Virus record (IMG/VR): IMGVR_UViG_3300025853_000050
DNA from: a virus
Taxonomy: Duplodnaviria; Heunggongvirae; Uroviricota; Caudoviricetes
Length of the DNA stretch: 64,000 bases
Reading direction: 5' to 3' (one strand)
Of the stretch, positions 46,252 through 54,550 are shown piece by piece; position 1 is the first letter of the stretch; each line of letters starts with the position of its first letter. Below the pieces are notes generated by a model. The model made no database searches. It saw nothing but the letters and a program-made list of their open reading frames with translations, and was not told where the DNA came from. A program made the position numbers and the translations under genes.

Positions 46252-46345
46252 TGGCGGATGATTGAGGTGTCGATCCCCAATCGGGCTTCTAACCCGACCA
46301 CACTGTTTTCAAGACAGGTCCAGAGGCCGCTCTGGTTAATCATCC
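46252..46345 (-). tRNA. tRNA-Ser (TGA), type II
   Basis: Anticodon loop CTTGAAA; long variable arm hairpin GTCGGGTTAGAAGCCCGAT; 3' end AATCATCCGCCA. Confidence 0.5.
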
Positions 46346-46350
46346 AATTT

Positions 46351-46385
46351 TGGCGGAGCCGCTGGGAGTCGAACCCAGTGAACCT
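46351..46385 (-). other. tRNA 3'-half fragment (T-arm + acceptor 3' strand + CCA, no 5' half)
   Basis: AGGTTCA-CTGGG-TTCGACT-CCCAG-CGGCTCC-G-CCA; no complementary 5' strand nearby. Confidence 0.35.
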
Positions 46386-46465
46386 TGGCGGTGAGTGAGG
46401 GATTCGAACCCTCGATAGAACTTTTAATCCTATGACGGTTTAGCAAACCACTCATCCAACCCACC
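46386..46465 (-). tRNA. tRNA-Ser(GCT)-like with variable-arm hairpin but no recognisable D-arm (likely degenerate)
   Basis: Anticodon loop TTGCTAA; variable arm CATAGGATTAAAAGTTCTATCG; 3' end CTCACCGCCA as in bacterial tRNA-Ser(GCU); only 7 nt between acceptor and anticodon stem. Confidence 0.3.
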
Positions 46466-47038
46466 GATTTCTTTCTTTCGAAGCACTATCAGATTTTCGG
46501 GAAAATGTTCCCATTTAGCCTTATCTAAATCTGTTTCATATCCTTTGACTTCAATATAAGACTTTAATTCTTTTACATAGAAATCTGGTTGATACGTAGA
46601 TTTAGTTCCATCTGGTTTAGTGTACGGAAAACGTTTTTTATTTCTTTCCCAGTTTAATTGCATTTTATCAGCAAATTCACAAAATGCCAATTCCCAACTA
46701 CCATCTACCTTTATCTTTCCGGCAATAGGGGACTCATAATCATATTTTGGACATCTTCCAGCGATACACTCCCATCCAGTAGCGTATAATGCTTTTTTGC
46801 TCTCAGACATCTTTCTTTTGGTTTCTGCTGTGTGTTTCTTACCTCTAAATGTTCCAGGTTTACCCTTATTCCAAGCAGTTTGTACACCCACTTTTCCAGT
46901 ATTCCAAGGAACATACCCTTTTTTATTACCGCCACAAATTTTTGAATTTGGGTTATTCCTACAACCAATCTCATGTTTTTTATTGGCACCAGGATTAGTT
47001 GTTTCCCTGCCGCAGAATTGACAAATAAATAGTTTCAT
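46430..47038 (-). CDS. homing-endonuclease-like protein (Zn-ribbon CQFCGRE..HEIGCR, NUMOD3-like GKKHTAETKRKMS, C-terminal PD-(D/E)xK-like core QPDFYV..IEVKG)
   Basis: Start at MKLFICQF. Embedded in the tRNA cluster, the same setting as T4 segB. Confidence 0.4.
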   Translation of the reverse strand: MKLFICQFCGRETTNPGANKKHEIGCRNNPNSKICGGNKKGYVPWNTGKVGVQTAWNKGKPGTFRGKKHTAETKRKMSESKKALYATGWECIAGRCPKYDYESPIAGKIKVDGSWELAFCEFADKMQLNWERNKKRFPYTKPDGTKSTYQPDFYVKELKSYIEVKGYETDLDKAKWEHFPENLIVLRKKEIGGLDEWFAKPS

Positions 47039-47161
47039 GCTGGAAATCTCCCTTTGTATTTCTAGAGTAGGTAGATGCGCCAACATCGTGACCTACATTA
47101 CTATTTATACAAATGAAATTTCAATCCGCTGCATTACCATCCTGCCCCGACTCCTTTAATA

Positions 47162-47237
47162 TGGTGCTAAAAGGAGGAATCGAACCTCCGACACCCTGAT
47201 CTTTAATCAGGTGCTCTACCAACTGAGCTATCTTAGC
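47162..47237 (-). tRNA. tRNA, anticodon unresolved (loop TTAAAGA reads as AAA)
   Basis: Canonical D-arm GCTC-AGTTGGTA-GAGC and T-arm GGAGG-TTCGATT-CCTCC; anticodon stem CCTGA/TCAGG. Confidence 0.45.
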
Positions 47238-47241
47238 AATT

Positions 47242-47316
47242 TGGTACAGGATAGTGGAATCGAACCACTGACATTCTGCGTGTAAAACAGACGCTCTACC
47301 CCTGAGCTAATCCTGC
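47242..47316 (-). tRNA. tRNA-Val (TAC)
   Basis: D GCTC-AGGGGTA-GAGC; anticodon arm TCTGT-TTTACAC-GCAGA; T-arm AGTGG-TTCGATT-CCACT; CCA encoded. Confidence 0.6.
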
Positions 47317-47675
47317 ATTAAATCTTTCATTCTATTCGCTTCATTTTCAAGAGTATTCAAAACAAAATGCTTCAAATATTCTTCCACAATAGGTCCAGTA
47401 TCTATACCAGGATATGGGTTATGAGGAATGATTGTATCATACTCAAAAGTTACCATATCATCGGCCTGACCTTCGACCTCAATAACTTCTAGGTTTTTAA
47501 CGCCAAAAATAAGACCGGCATATTCACCGGTATGAATCTCGAACAATTGATAACCATCGGTTTCCAATAGACTATCTGGATGATGTTCAGATAAAAAATC
47601 GTTAAATTCTACTTTGTAGATACTTTCTTTGTAGAAGTCATAATCAATTCCAATTTTATATTTACCACTGTTCAT
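47307..47675 (-). CDS. hypothetical acidic protein (start at MNSGKYK)
   Basis: The ORF-track N-terminus overlaps tRNA-His and is rejected. Confidence 0.3.
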   Translation of the reverse strand: MNSGKYKIGIDYDFYKESIYKVEFNDFLSEHHPDSLLETDGYQLFEIHTGEYAGLIFGVKNLEVIEVEGQADDMVTFEYDTIIPHNPYPGIDTGPIVEEYLKHFVLNTLENEANRMKDLMQD

Positions 47676-47690
47676 ATCATAACTTTCATT

Positions 47691-47767
47691 TGGGGTGACC
47701 GACGGGGCTCGAACCCGCGACGTCCAGTACCACAAACTGGCGCTCTACCAACTGAGCTACGGCCAAC
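47691..47767 (-). tRNA. tRNA-His (GTG) with G-1:C73
   Basis: Anticodon arm CCAGT-TTGTGGT-ACTGG; D GCTC-AGTTGGTA-GAGC; extra 5' G pairs with discriminator C. Confidence 0.6.
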
Positions 47768-47773
47768 ATAAAA

Positions 47774-47849
47774 TGGCGCTCGTGATGGGTTTCGATCCCA
47801 CTGCCTTCGGTTCGACAGACCGACGCTCTCCCGATTGAGCTACACGAGC
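47774..47849 (-). tRNA. tRNA-Asp (GTC), T-loop ATCGAAA
   Basis: Acceptor GCTCGTG/CACGAGC; anticodon arm TCGGT-CTGTCGA-ACCGA; CCA encoded. Confidence 0.6.
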
Positions 47850-47943
47850 ATTTATTTAGGGTTAGCCCTTTCCACCTTGATTGAACTTATCTAGAAAGAA
47901 CAATCTTCCTCGATTAAGAGGCTAAGTGTGCTAACCCGTGCCT

Positions 47944-48018
47944 TGGAGCAGCTGGAGGGAATCGAACCCTCATCCTCTGGTTGGAAGCCAGACATAATAG
48001 CCATTATACTACAACTGC
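47944..48018 (-). tRNA. tRNA-Gly (TCC)
   Basis: Anticodon arm TCTGG-CTTCCAA-CCAGA; T-arm GAGGG-TTCGATT-CCCTC; CCA encoded. Confidence 0.6.
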
Positions 48019-48031
48019 AATTTATTATACT

Positions 48032-48109
48032 TGGTCTGGGCGGGAGGATTCGAACCTCCGACCACTCGCTTCCAAGGCGAGCATTCTGACCAGACTGAAC
48101 TACGCCCAG
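48032..48109 (-). tRNA. tRNA-Pro (TGG)
   Basis: Acceptor CTGGGCG/CGCCCAG; anticodon loop CTTGGAA; T-arm GGAGG-TTCGAAT-CCTCC; CCA encoded. Confidence 0.6.
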
Positions 48110-48309
48110 ACCAAGTATAATTTGATTAGACCCCGTTACATTCACCCGATGGCGATAACACCTCACGAGACCATAAGGCCCCGTCTAACCATGCCCTAAT
48201 ATTACCCTCTCATTAGAGGACCGAACTATAACATGGTGACTAGACCATGCCAGGGAGTTCGGTCGTTAGATACCAGCAACCGGTTGCCATATTATGGTAT
48301 CCCTTTGTT

Positions 48310-48383
48310 TGGTGGAGCTGGAGGGAATCGAACCCTCTGACGTCGATCTTGCAAGGATCAACCGCTACCCATAGACCAGCCCC
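48310..48383 (-). tRNA. tRNA-Ala (TGC)
   Basis: Anticodon arm TGATC-CTTGCAA-GATCG; T-arm GAGGG-TTCGATT-CCCTC; CCA encoded. Confidence 0.55.
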
Positions 48384-48412
48384 AAATTCCGACTAACGAC
48401 GTTACTGGCGCA

Positions 48413-48595
48413 TTATACTTCCGGTCTTTTATTCAAGACCTTTTTATCGATATAACAATAGTCATACCCATAACATTCTTCTTGCTTATTGGCAACTTCT
48501 AATTCTTTATATGCCAAATCTTTATCATCAAATACTGCAATTACATGAGTGCTTTCGTATTCATGACCACCTAATAGGATATAGATAGTATGCAT
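48413..48595 (-). CDS. hypothetical protein
   Basis: 60-aa ORF. Confidence 0.25.
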   Translation of the reverse strand: MHTIYILLGGHEYESTHVIAVFDDKDLAYKELEVANKQEECYGYDYCYIDKKVLNKRPEV

Positions 48596-48613
48596 ATTAG
48601 CCTCCTAGAATTA

Positions 48614-48699
48614 TGGTGGGTGTGGAAGGATTCGAACCTACTCACCATAAAGGGGTGGGTTTACAGCCCACCGCGACTCTCCAACTTCACCGCACACCC
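48614..48699 (-). tRNA. tRNA-Tyr (GTA), type II
   Basis: Anticodon arm GTGGG-CTGTAAA-CCCAC; long variable arm; acceptor GGGTGTG/CACACCC; CCA encoded. Confidence 0.6.
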
Positions 48700-48717
48700 T
48701 TATTTAATTTTCATTAT

Positions 48718-48752
48718 TGTAGTTTATTTAGGTTAAAAAGTAAAGAAGTTTT
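48718..48752 (-). promoter_or_regulatory. early promoter for the third tRNA block
   Basis: Reverse complement reads AACTTCTTTACTTTTTAACCTAAATAAACTACAATAATG. Confidence 0.4.
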
Positions 48753-49099
48753 TATGAATTTCATTAATTTTTCGGGGTAACATCAACTTCGCATGTACAT
48801 CCTACCATATCAAAGGTTAGAAAAAAGACCTGTCCAATATGACTTTGAGTTTCAACTAATTTGTAATTAGTGGCCTTCTCAGAAGTAATACTCATTACAT
48901 TAAAAATGTTTTGAATTAATTCTTGATTTACACACATCATCCGTATTTCTTCAGTTCTTTTTGTAGAGTTTCAATTTCAGTTTGAGTTTTCAGAATATTT
49001 GATTCGTCATGAAAAGCAGTATATTCTTTTAGTTGTTTGTTTGCTTCTTTGAGCATCTGCTTTAACATTAGTACATTGCTTTTGTTCATGTTTATTCCT

Positions 49100-49354
49100 T
49101 TAGTTATTAGGATAGAGTATCAATGCCAATGGATTGCTGCGAATTTCATCAGCATAATCGTCATATTCTTCCTGAAGATTATACTCATAATAAACATCTC
49201 CAGAACATGACGAATATGGCACATAATATGCGTCATCTACTTGACAAAGCGGTGAATATTTATTTCCTTCGGCGTCACAACTAATAATGATTTCCATATC
49301 AGGACTAATATCATTATAATGATTTAGTTGTTCTAGTAAATCTTTAACTTTCAT
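49100..49354 (-). CDS. small acidic protein, paralog of 58551..58817
   Basis: Shared pattern ...SSDSEGN.YSP..D.D..YY.PYS..SG..Y....L.EE.D.Y..DEIR... Confidence 0.4.
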   Translation of the reverse strand: MKVKDLLEQLNHYNDISPDMEIIISCDAEGNKYSPLCQVDDAYYVPYSSCSGDVYYEYNLQEEYDDYADEIRSNPLALILYPNN

Positions 49355-49357
49355 AAA

Positions 49358-49864
49358 TCAAGCAGCCTTTCTATAAACTGTATGACCCTTGTTGGCAACA
49401 CGGTCAGCGCCGAATGAACTTGCCCAAGAATGCGGCTTGAACTTAATCTTATCTTCGGTTAAGCCAGTGACTCCAAGAACATATCCTGCCGCTTCTTTTA
49501 TTGCGCAGGAAGATCCATGTTTTTCATCCTCATTAATATCCAAGTGAATAGAAATATCATACTCATCCACCAAAGGTGCCAATTGATTATACAATTCGCA
49601 AACTTTCATAACTTCGTTCATCATACGCATTTTTGGACGATTCTTTTTAAGGTCATAATCAGGCTCATACGAAATGCTTGAGAAGATTTTACAACCATTT
49701 TTACCATTTAGATGAATAATAGCGACAGTTGCGTATTTTCCCATTTTCTTTTTATCTTCAGTATTGTTTACCACAGAATCGCAACCTAGATAAATTTTTG
49801 TATTATTATCATACTCAGTTAAAAGTTCGATTATTTCGTTTAGTTGTTTTTCGGTAAATACCAT
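49358..49864 (-). CDS. hypothetical protein
   Basis: 168-aa ORF. Confidence 0.3.
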   Translation of the reverse strand: MVFTEKQLNEIIELLTEYDNNTKIYLGCDSVVNNTEDKKKMGKYATVAIIHLNGKNGCKIFSSISYEPDYDLKKNRPKMRMMNEVMKVCELYNQLAPLVDEYDISIHLDINEDEKHGSSCAIKEAAGYVLGVTGLTEDKIKFKPHSWASSFGADRVANKGHTVYRKAA

Positions 49865-50372
49865 AATTAATCTCTTTTTCTAAAGAAAGCATAAACATTA
49901 AATTATATACATTAACTTGTAATTCTTCTAGGGTTCCGTTATTATTAATACAATAATCGGCCATATCTTTAGTTATTGTCATACTTTTATTTGATTCAAG
50001 CGGTTCTCGTTTTGAGCGGTCAACCCAAATTACTGCATCAATAATTCCTGTTCTTTTTAAAGAACCTAACTCATGTTTGTTCCTTAACCCACAATATACA
50101 TCATATTGTTCGTATAAAGCCTTACCCAAACGGGCCAGATCATTTTTATTATAATCGCAAATCAAATCAAACCATTCAGATCTATGATTGTGGCGGTCGT
50201 CATAACATTCTTTCGAAGTTTTGTATCCATACTTATCTTTCAGTTCGTCAAAAATAAATAAATCACAACAAAACTGAGAACTACTTTGAAATGTTAATCC
50301 AAAGTGATCTCGAAGAATTTCGGATACTGTATCTTTGCCATGACGACCATGACCCACAACCATTAGTTTCAC
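49815..50372 (-). CDS. P-loop protein, deoxynucleoside-monophosphate-kinase-like (VGHGRHGKDT cf. T4 gp1 GVKRSGKDT)
   Basis: N-terminal P-loop; the 3' end overlaps the next ORF, so the true end is uncertain. Confidence 0.4.
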   Translation of the reverse strand: MKLMVVGHGRHGKDTVSEILRDHFGLTFQSSSQFCCDLFIFDELKDKYGYKTSKECYDDRHNHRSEWFDLICDYNKNDLARLGKALYEQYDVYCGLRNKHELGSLKRTGIIDAVIWVDRSKREPLESNKSMTITKDMADYCINNNGTLEELQVNVYNLMFMLSLEKEINYGIYRKTTKRNNRTFN

Positions 50373-50375
50373 TAT

Positions 50376-51146
50376 CTAAACTCCGGTATTAATAGCAGAT
50401 TTGTAACTATCACTTAAAGGCGGAATATTACTCTTTACCGACGGAGATCCTACGTGTCCATGTTTGGCAAGATTTTGTCTTTGTTCATTGGCATATTTTT
50501 CAATTACTGGAAATAAATGACTGTGCGGTCGTAAATTAGCCTTTTCCAAAGCGTCTTCACTATTCAACCATTCTTCATACAATTCCTTTTTAAGCTTAAA
50601 TCGACAGAAATATTTCTCATATCCACCTTCAAATGGATTGACATTATATCCCGTTTTGTCATTTGCTAGAATAGGAGAATCCATAATAGTATTTCCTGCA
50701 TAGAAAATGACCATTTCTTCATCTTCTTCATTATAAAAGTAGTAATTGCCCATTTTTCTTCTGCAAGCTTTTACAATATTGTTTTTGCATCTAAGAATAC
50801 TCATATAAACATCATTGATAGATTTAATTTCACCCACATCATCAATATACGGGATTTTTTCTTTCAAATACGAAGTAATTGTTTCCCTATCAACCGCATC
50901 ATCTGTTGATACTTTATCGATCTGAAAGCCTCCACCTAAAATCGATTCTTCGTCATCACCCTCACGAACCAAATGTCTCATAAAGAAATTTAATTTTGAA
51001 GTAGAATCCTCCATTTTCATAACAGGGAATGCATCCAAAATATTGTCCATCCCGGCAATCGGGGTTGATGCCACCACAGGTCTAACAAAGGTGGCCGTGG
51101 CTCCTCCAAATAATCCTGCAATAAACGTTCGCCTACTCAATTCCAT
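50376..51146 (-). CDS. Tat-signal (twin-arginine) exported protein, function unknown
   Basis: MELSRRTFIAGLFGGATATFVRPVVAS has the SRRxFIxG twin-arginine motif. Confidence 0.45.
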   Translation of the reverse strand: MELSRRTFIAGLFGGATATFVRPVVASTPIAGMDNILDAFPVMKMEDSTSKLNFFMRHLVREGDDEESILGGGFQIDKVSTDDAVDRETITSYLKEKIPYIDDVGEIKSINDVYMSILRCKNNIVKACRRKMGNYYFYNEEDEEMVIFYAGNTIMDSPILANDKTGYNVNPFEGGYEKYFCRFKLKKELYEEWLNSEDALEKANLRPHSHLFPVIEKYANEQRQNLAKHGHVGSPSVKSNIPPLSDSYKSAINTGV

Positions 51147-51165
51147 ATTCTATCTCCTAATTTTT

Positions 51166-51462
51166 CTATGGACCAACCGTAACTGTTGTTACACCTGTTG
51201 CTCTGGGATGACCACAAGTATCTGGATCACCCTTTCTATTTACGGGAACTCCAACACAAAATACTGTTGAGCTTCCATTATCGGTTTCGGGGTCAGCATG
51301 CTCACCAACCCCATGAGGCTCTACCGGATCGCCATCGGTGGCCACTAATTGCCCACCTGCAAATACAGTAGATTGTTTGGTAGATATTACCACGGCATCA
51401 GCAGTATTTGGTTTGCCGATTGTATGAATATCTTTACCAGAATTTACACCTATTCCTACCAT
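51166..51462 (-). CDS. PAAR-repeat-like spike-tip protein (gp5.4-like, 98 aa)
   Basis: Gly/Val-rich; GDPVEPHGVGEH and KGDPDTCGHPRATG motifs resemble PAAR-domain metal-site repeats. Confidence 0.4.
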   Translation of the reverse strand: MVGIGVNSGKDIHTIGKPNTADAVVISTKQSTVFAGGQLVATDGDPVEPHGVGEHADPETDNGSSTVFCVGVPVNRKGDPDTCGHPRATGVTTVTVGP

Positions 51463-51482
51463 AAAATTACTCTCATAAGTAG

Positions 51483-52184
51483 TTAATTACGATACGCCGC
51501 CTGCCAATGCATTGCATCATAGTTTCTATTTTTACCTAAAGAATACCATCCTTCTTTCTCGAAGGCTTCCACAAATTTAGCACATTCAGGTCTGCTAAAA
51601 TAAGCATCTTTCCATTTTGTCCTTAGCCCATTCCTGGCCGGATCAAGGTCAATGGCACATCCCCAAGAATGCGTAGACCAACGGCTCCCGCCACGGATCT
51701 TTCGGACAACATAACAACCACCATACAGATCAAAACCATGTTTTCTGATCTCGTCCATACTATAGTTTTTCTTGATATCATTGAAGATTCTTTTCAAAGA
51801 TGGGGCTACTTTTTCGTGACATGACATTGAATTAATTATGACACCCTTATCCCAAGATAATCTCATCTGATAAGGCAGTTTTAATTTAACTCTACTGGAT
51901 CCAGGTTGTCCATAAAATTCAATCAAAGATGCAGTAGATTCTTTCGGCCAGTGGTTTTTACTGGCAGGTTTTTCTATTTTATCCCGCCATTCATTGTCTA
52001 AATGTTCAGACATAGCACGACGAGTATTTGGTCCGATAATACCGTCAGCAGTTAAACCATTCATTTCCTGAAAGGCCATTACCGCTGTTTCTGATAATCT
52101 TCCCCAAAGTCCATCAATGGAACCGTGATATAGTCCTAGGTCTTTTAAATATTGCTGTTGTTCCCTTGTAATACTTCTGCGCAT
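51483..52184 (-). CDS. endolysin: N-terminal peptidoglycan-binding domain + C-terminal M15-type zinc peptidase
   Basis: LKDLGLYHGSIDGLWGRLSETAVMAFQEMNGLTADGIIGPNT (PG_binding_1-like); HSWGCAIDLD (M15/VanY H..G.A.D motif). Confidence 0.65.
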   Translation of the reverse strand: MRRSITREQQQYLKDLGLYHGSIDGLWGRLSETAVMAFQEMNGLTADGIIGPNTRRAMSEHLDNEWRDKIEKPASKNHWPKESTASLIEFYGQPGSSRVKLKLPYQMRLSWDKGVIINSMSCHEKVAPSLKRIFNDIKKNYSMDEIRKHGFDLYGGCYVVRKIRGGSRWSTHSWGCAIDLDPARNGLRTKWKDAYFSRPECAKFVEAFEKEGWYSLGKNRNYDAMHWQAAYRN

Positions 52185-52228
52185 GTGTTTCTCCTATGGC
52201 TATGATACACCATAGGAGAATTGTTTGC

Positions 52229-52504
52229 CTACAGCATATCTACAATTCGGCCATTGGCATCAATGGCCCTTACCCTATAATTAGGGTGCATGCGAGATAC
52301 ACTTTGCATGGAAAAATTCACAACAGAAGCATTACCATCCATAATTGTTTGAACAGTTCGCCAATTAAATCCATCTTGAATCTGAATCTGAACAGTCATA
52401 TCACGGATGACATTTGCCGGAACGTCTGTATTTTGATTCTGTGATGGATTAGTGCCCGAACCAATTGCCATCAAAACATCACCAAGTGTGCTCCAAAAAC
52501 CCAT
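52229..52504 (-). CDS. hypothetical protein
   Basis: 91-aa ORF. Confidence 0.3.
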   Translation of the reverse strand: MGFWSTLGDVLMAIGSGTNPSQNQNTDVPANVIRDMTVQIQIQDGFNWRTVQTIMDGNASVVNFSMQSVSRMHPNYRVRAIDANGRIVDML

Positions 52505-52559
52505 ATTCTTTTCCTTTATTCAATTTTCATTTTTATTATATACTAAATTTTATTAGAAG

Positions 52560-53234
52560 TCAAGCTAATAATCTAAGTATTTCATTAATATAATTTCCCC
52601 TATCTTTCACAAATACTAATGGCTCATCTTCAAAATCAACGGTCATAATAATTACAATTTGAGGAACCGGTATTTTATACATTACCTCGAACATCATAGA
52701 ATAGATTGTGGATTGTAGAAAATAACTTTTAATATCATCATCAGTTTTAATTTTCTTTGACGTTTTATAGTCAATTACTGAAGTCACTCCATCATACTCA
52801 GCAATCAAATCGGACCTTCCAGCGCATTTTAAAGCTTTTGAATATAGAGCAATTTCCACTCCACGAATATTATCTACGTGTTTATTTAATATCTTTTTGA
52901 TAGGCTTAAATTGATAAACATTAAATGGCATTTGGCCATCTAAGAAGTTTTCGTCATTTTTTACATACTTCTCCGCTATGTCATGAATAGAACTACCCCT
53001 GTTAGTGGATTGGGTAGATATTTTTTTTGCCTCTTCTTCCCCAACCCTCGACTTCCATTCTTCAACCCAAGAGTTATCTAAAACTTCAGAAAGAATGGAA
53101 GTAACTGATTTGAGTTTAGTTTTTCCATCAGGCAAAACATAATGTCGTTTTCCGTTAATGGTTTCAGTTTTTAGGTCTAAGTGTTCAACTAGCTGATGGT
53201 TGAACTTTTTCTTTTTCATTATAGTCAATTCCAT
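52560..53234 (-). CDS. PD-(D/E)xK family nuclease (RecB/YqaJ-like)
   Basis: GRSDLIAEYDG....VIDYKTSKK matches the D..(D/E)xK core arrangement. Confidence 0.4.
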   Translation of the reverse strand: MELTIMKKKKFNHQLVEHLDLKTETINGKRHYVLPDGKTKLKSVTSILSEVLDNSWVEEWKSRVGEEEAKKISTQSTNRGSSIHDIAEKYVKNDENFLDGQMPFNVYQFKPIKKILNKHVDNIRGVEIALYSKALKCAGRSDLIAEYDGVTSVIDYKTSKKIKTDDDIKSYFLQSTIYSMMFEVMYKIPVPQIVIIMTVDFEDEPLVFVKDRGNYINEILRLLA

Positions 53235-53400
53235 TCACAACCGAAATAGTTCGATAATAGAAATGTTGTCCGTAAGATTCTATCTCTTCCTTTGGATATC
53301 CTTCTTCTACAAGCCATTCATTTACATTCCCTAAACGATCATCGGGACATACCTTTGGAAACCCATACAACCATCCAAATGGGGGATCAATCATTATCAT
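53185..53400 (-). CDS. hypothetical protein
   Basis: 71-aa ORF. Confidence 0.25.
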   Translation of the reverse strand: MIMIDPPFGWLYGFPKVCPDDRLGNVNEWLVEEGYPKEEIESYGQHFYYRTISVVNGIDYNEKEKVQPSAS

Positions 53401-53630
53401 TACATTACAACCGTATTGTATTTCAATTTTGGAGTTTGGACAAATCCCTTAATTGAACCTTCATCAGAAGAAAGTTTTAAATTTGATCTTATTTTTCTAG
53501 ACACTTTGTTAAATTCTGTTAAAGATAAACTAGTCTTAAATGAATTTTCAGACGAATTTAGTTCGTATTGAGGATCTTTAGTCAATTCAAAATATTCGGA
53601 AGAATAGTCGTTAAAATAAGTTTGTTTCAT
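53400..53630 (-). CDS. hypothetical protein
   Basis: 76-aa ORF. Confidence 0.25.
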   Translation of the reverse strand: MKQTYFNDYSSEYFELTKDPQYELNSSENSFKTSLSLTEFNKVSRKIRSNLKLSSDEGSIKGFVQTPKLKYNTVVM

Positions 53631-53932
53631 TAATTTCTCCGCATTTGAGCTGCATCAACAGCTTGTTTATTAGAAGTGATTGGAATAAGGTTTGATTTAT
53701 GAGATGTAACAACACCTTTAATGTAAGTTCCCGTATATTTTGGTTTGGTTTTTAACTCACAAGAACCAACACTATTACTCATACTCACATTATTGGGTAA
53801 TGGATCGCAAGAATAATCGGGAATTTTGGTAACTCCACGTTTCTTCAAGCGACCCTTATATGGTTGTAGACCCATACTACGGAGCCACTTATCGTGTTCC
53901 ATTTTGGATTTGATCAAGCTTTTCTTAGTCAT
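53630..53932 (-). CDS. hypothetical basic protein
   Basis: 100-aa ORF. Confidence 0.3.
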   Translation of the reverse strand: MTKKSLIKSKMEHDKWLRSMGLQPYKGRLKKRGVTKIPDYSCDPLPNNVSMSNSVGSCELKTKPKYTGTYIKGVVTSHKSNLIPITSNKQAVDAAQMRRN

Positions 53933-54151
53933 TTAATCTCCAAGATCTACGATAGGTAAAGTCTTAAGTTTGATGGTTTTATCATTCTTAAGTTTGTTCA
54001 TAAAGTCATAAGCAGTTTCAAAGTTTTTAAAACTCTTGTTTTTATCGACAACAAAGTTATCTTTATTAACAATCATGTAATTAACTTTATACATAGTATC
54101 AATCCTTATATTTGTAGAAAGTATGAACTCCGATAGTTTGTACCTTTTCAA
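53933..54151 (-). CDS. hypothetical protein
   Basis: 72-aa ORF. Confidence 0.25.
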   Translation of the reverse strand: MKRYKLSEFILSTNIRIDTMYKVNYMIVNKDNFVVDKNKSFKNFETAYDFMNKLKNDKTIKLKTLPIVDLGD

Positions 54152-54485
54152 GTTTTGGGGAGTGAGCCCAACGGGGATTTACCCAATAAGCATGAAAGAA
54201 CATAGCACCTGTTTTGGGTACTAGTCCATCCAAAGCAAGGTTAGCGATTTCCATGGCTTGTTCCCATGCTTTTTCATCTTTGATATTATATTCATTTTTA
54301 CCAGGTTTATACCAAGAAAACTGCTTACGTTGTTTGACAACCGAGCATACATCATTTGGATATTTTGAACTTGTCACTCGATTCATCGTGACTTCGGCAA
54401 CGGCCATCTGACCATCGTACGATTCTCCACGAGATTCAAAATACACATTCATAGCCAAGCAAATTGCTGCGGTTGTCATTAACAT
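54099..54485 (-). CDS. cell-wall hydrolase, SleB/CwlJ-like (Hydrolase_2 family)
   Basis: YFESRGESYDGQMAVAEVTMNRV matches the SleB-family motif EARGE...AVA.V..NR. Confidence 0.5.
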   Translation of the reverse strand: MLMTTAAICLAMNVYFESRGESYDGQMAVAEVTMNRVTSSKYPNDVCSVVKQRKQFSWYKPGKNEYNIKDEKAWEQAMEIANLALDGLVPKTGAMFFHAYWVNPRWAHSPKLEKVQTIGVHTFYKYKD

Positions 54486-54511
54486 AATTTTATCCTTTTA
54501 TCAATTTAGAA

Positions 54512-54546
54512 GCTTATTATATATTAATTTATACGGAAAGTAAAGA
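54512..54546 (-). promoter_or_regulatory. T4-type early promoter
   Basis: Reverse complement reads AACCTCTTTACTTTCCGTATAAATTAATATATAATAAG. Confidence 0.45.
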
Positions 54547-54550
54547 GGTT

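Noticed and set aside
47891-48199. ORFs 47891..48166 (-) and 47981..48199 (+)
   Set aside because: They overlap tRNA-Gly and tRNA-Pro.
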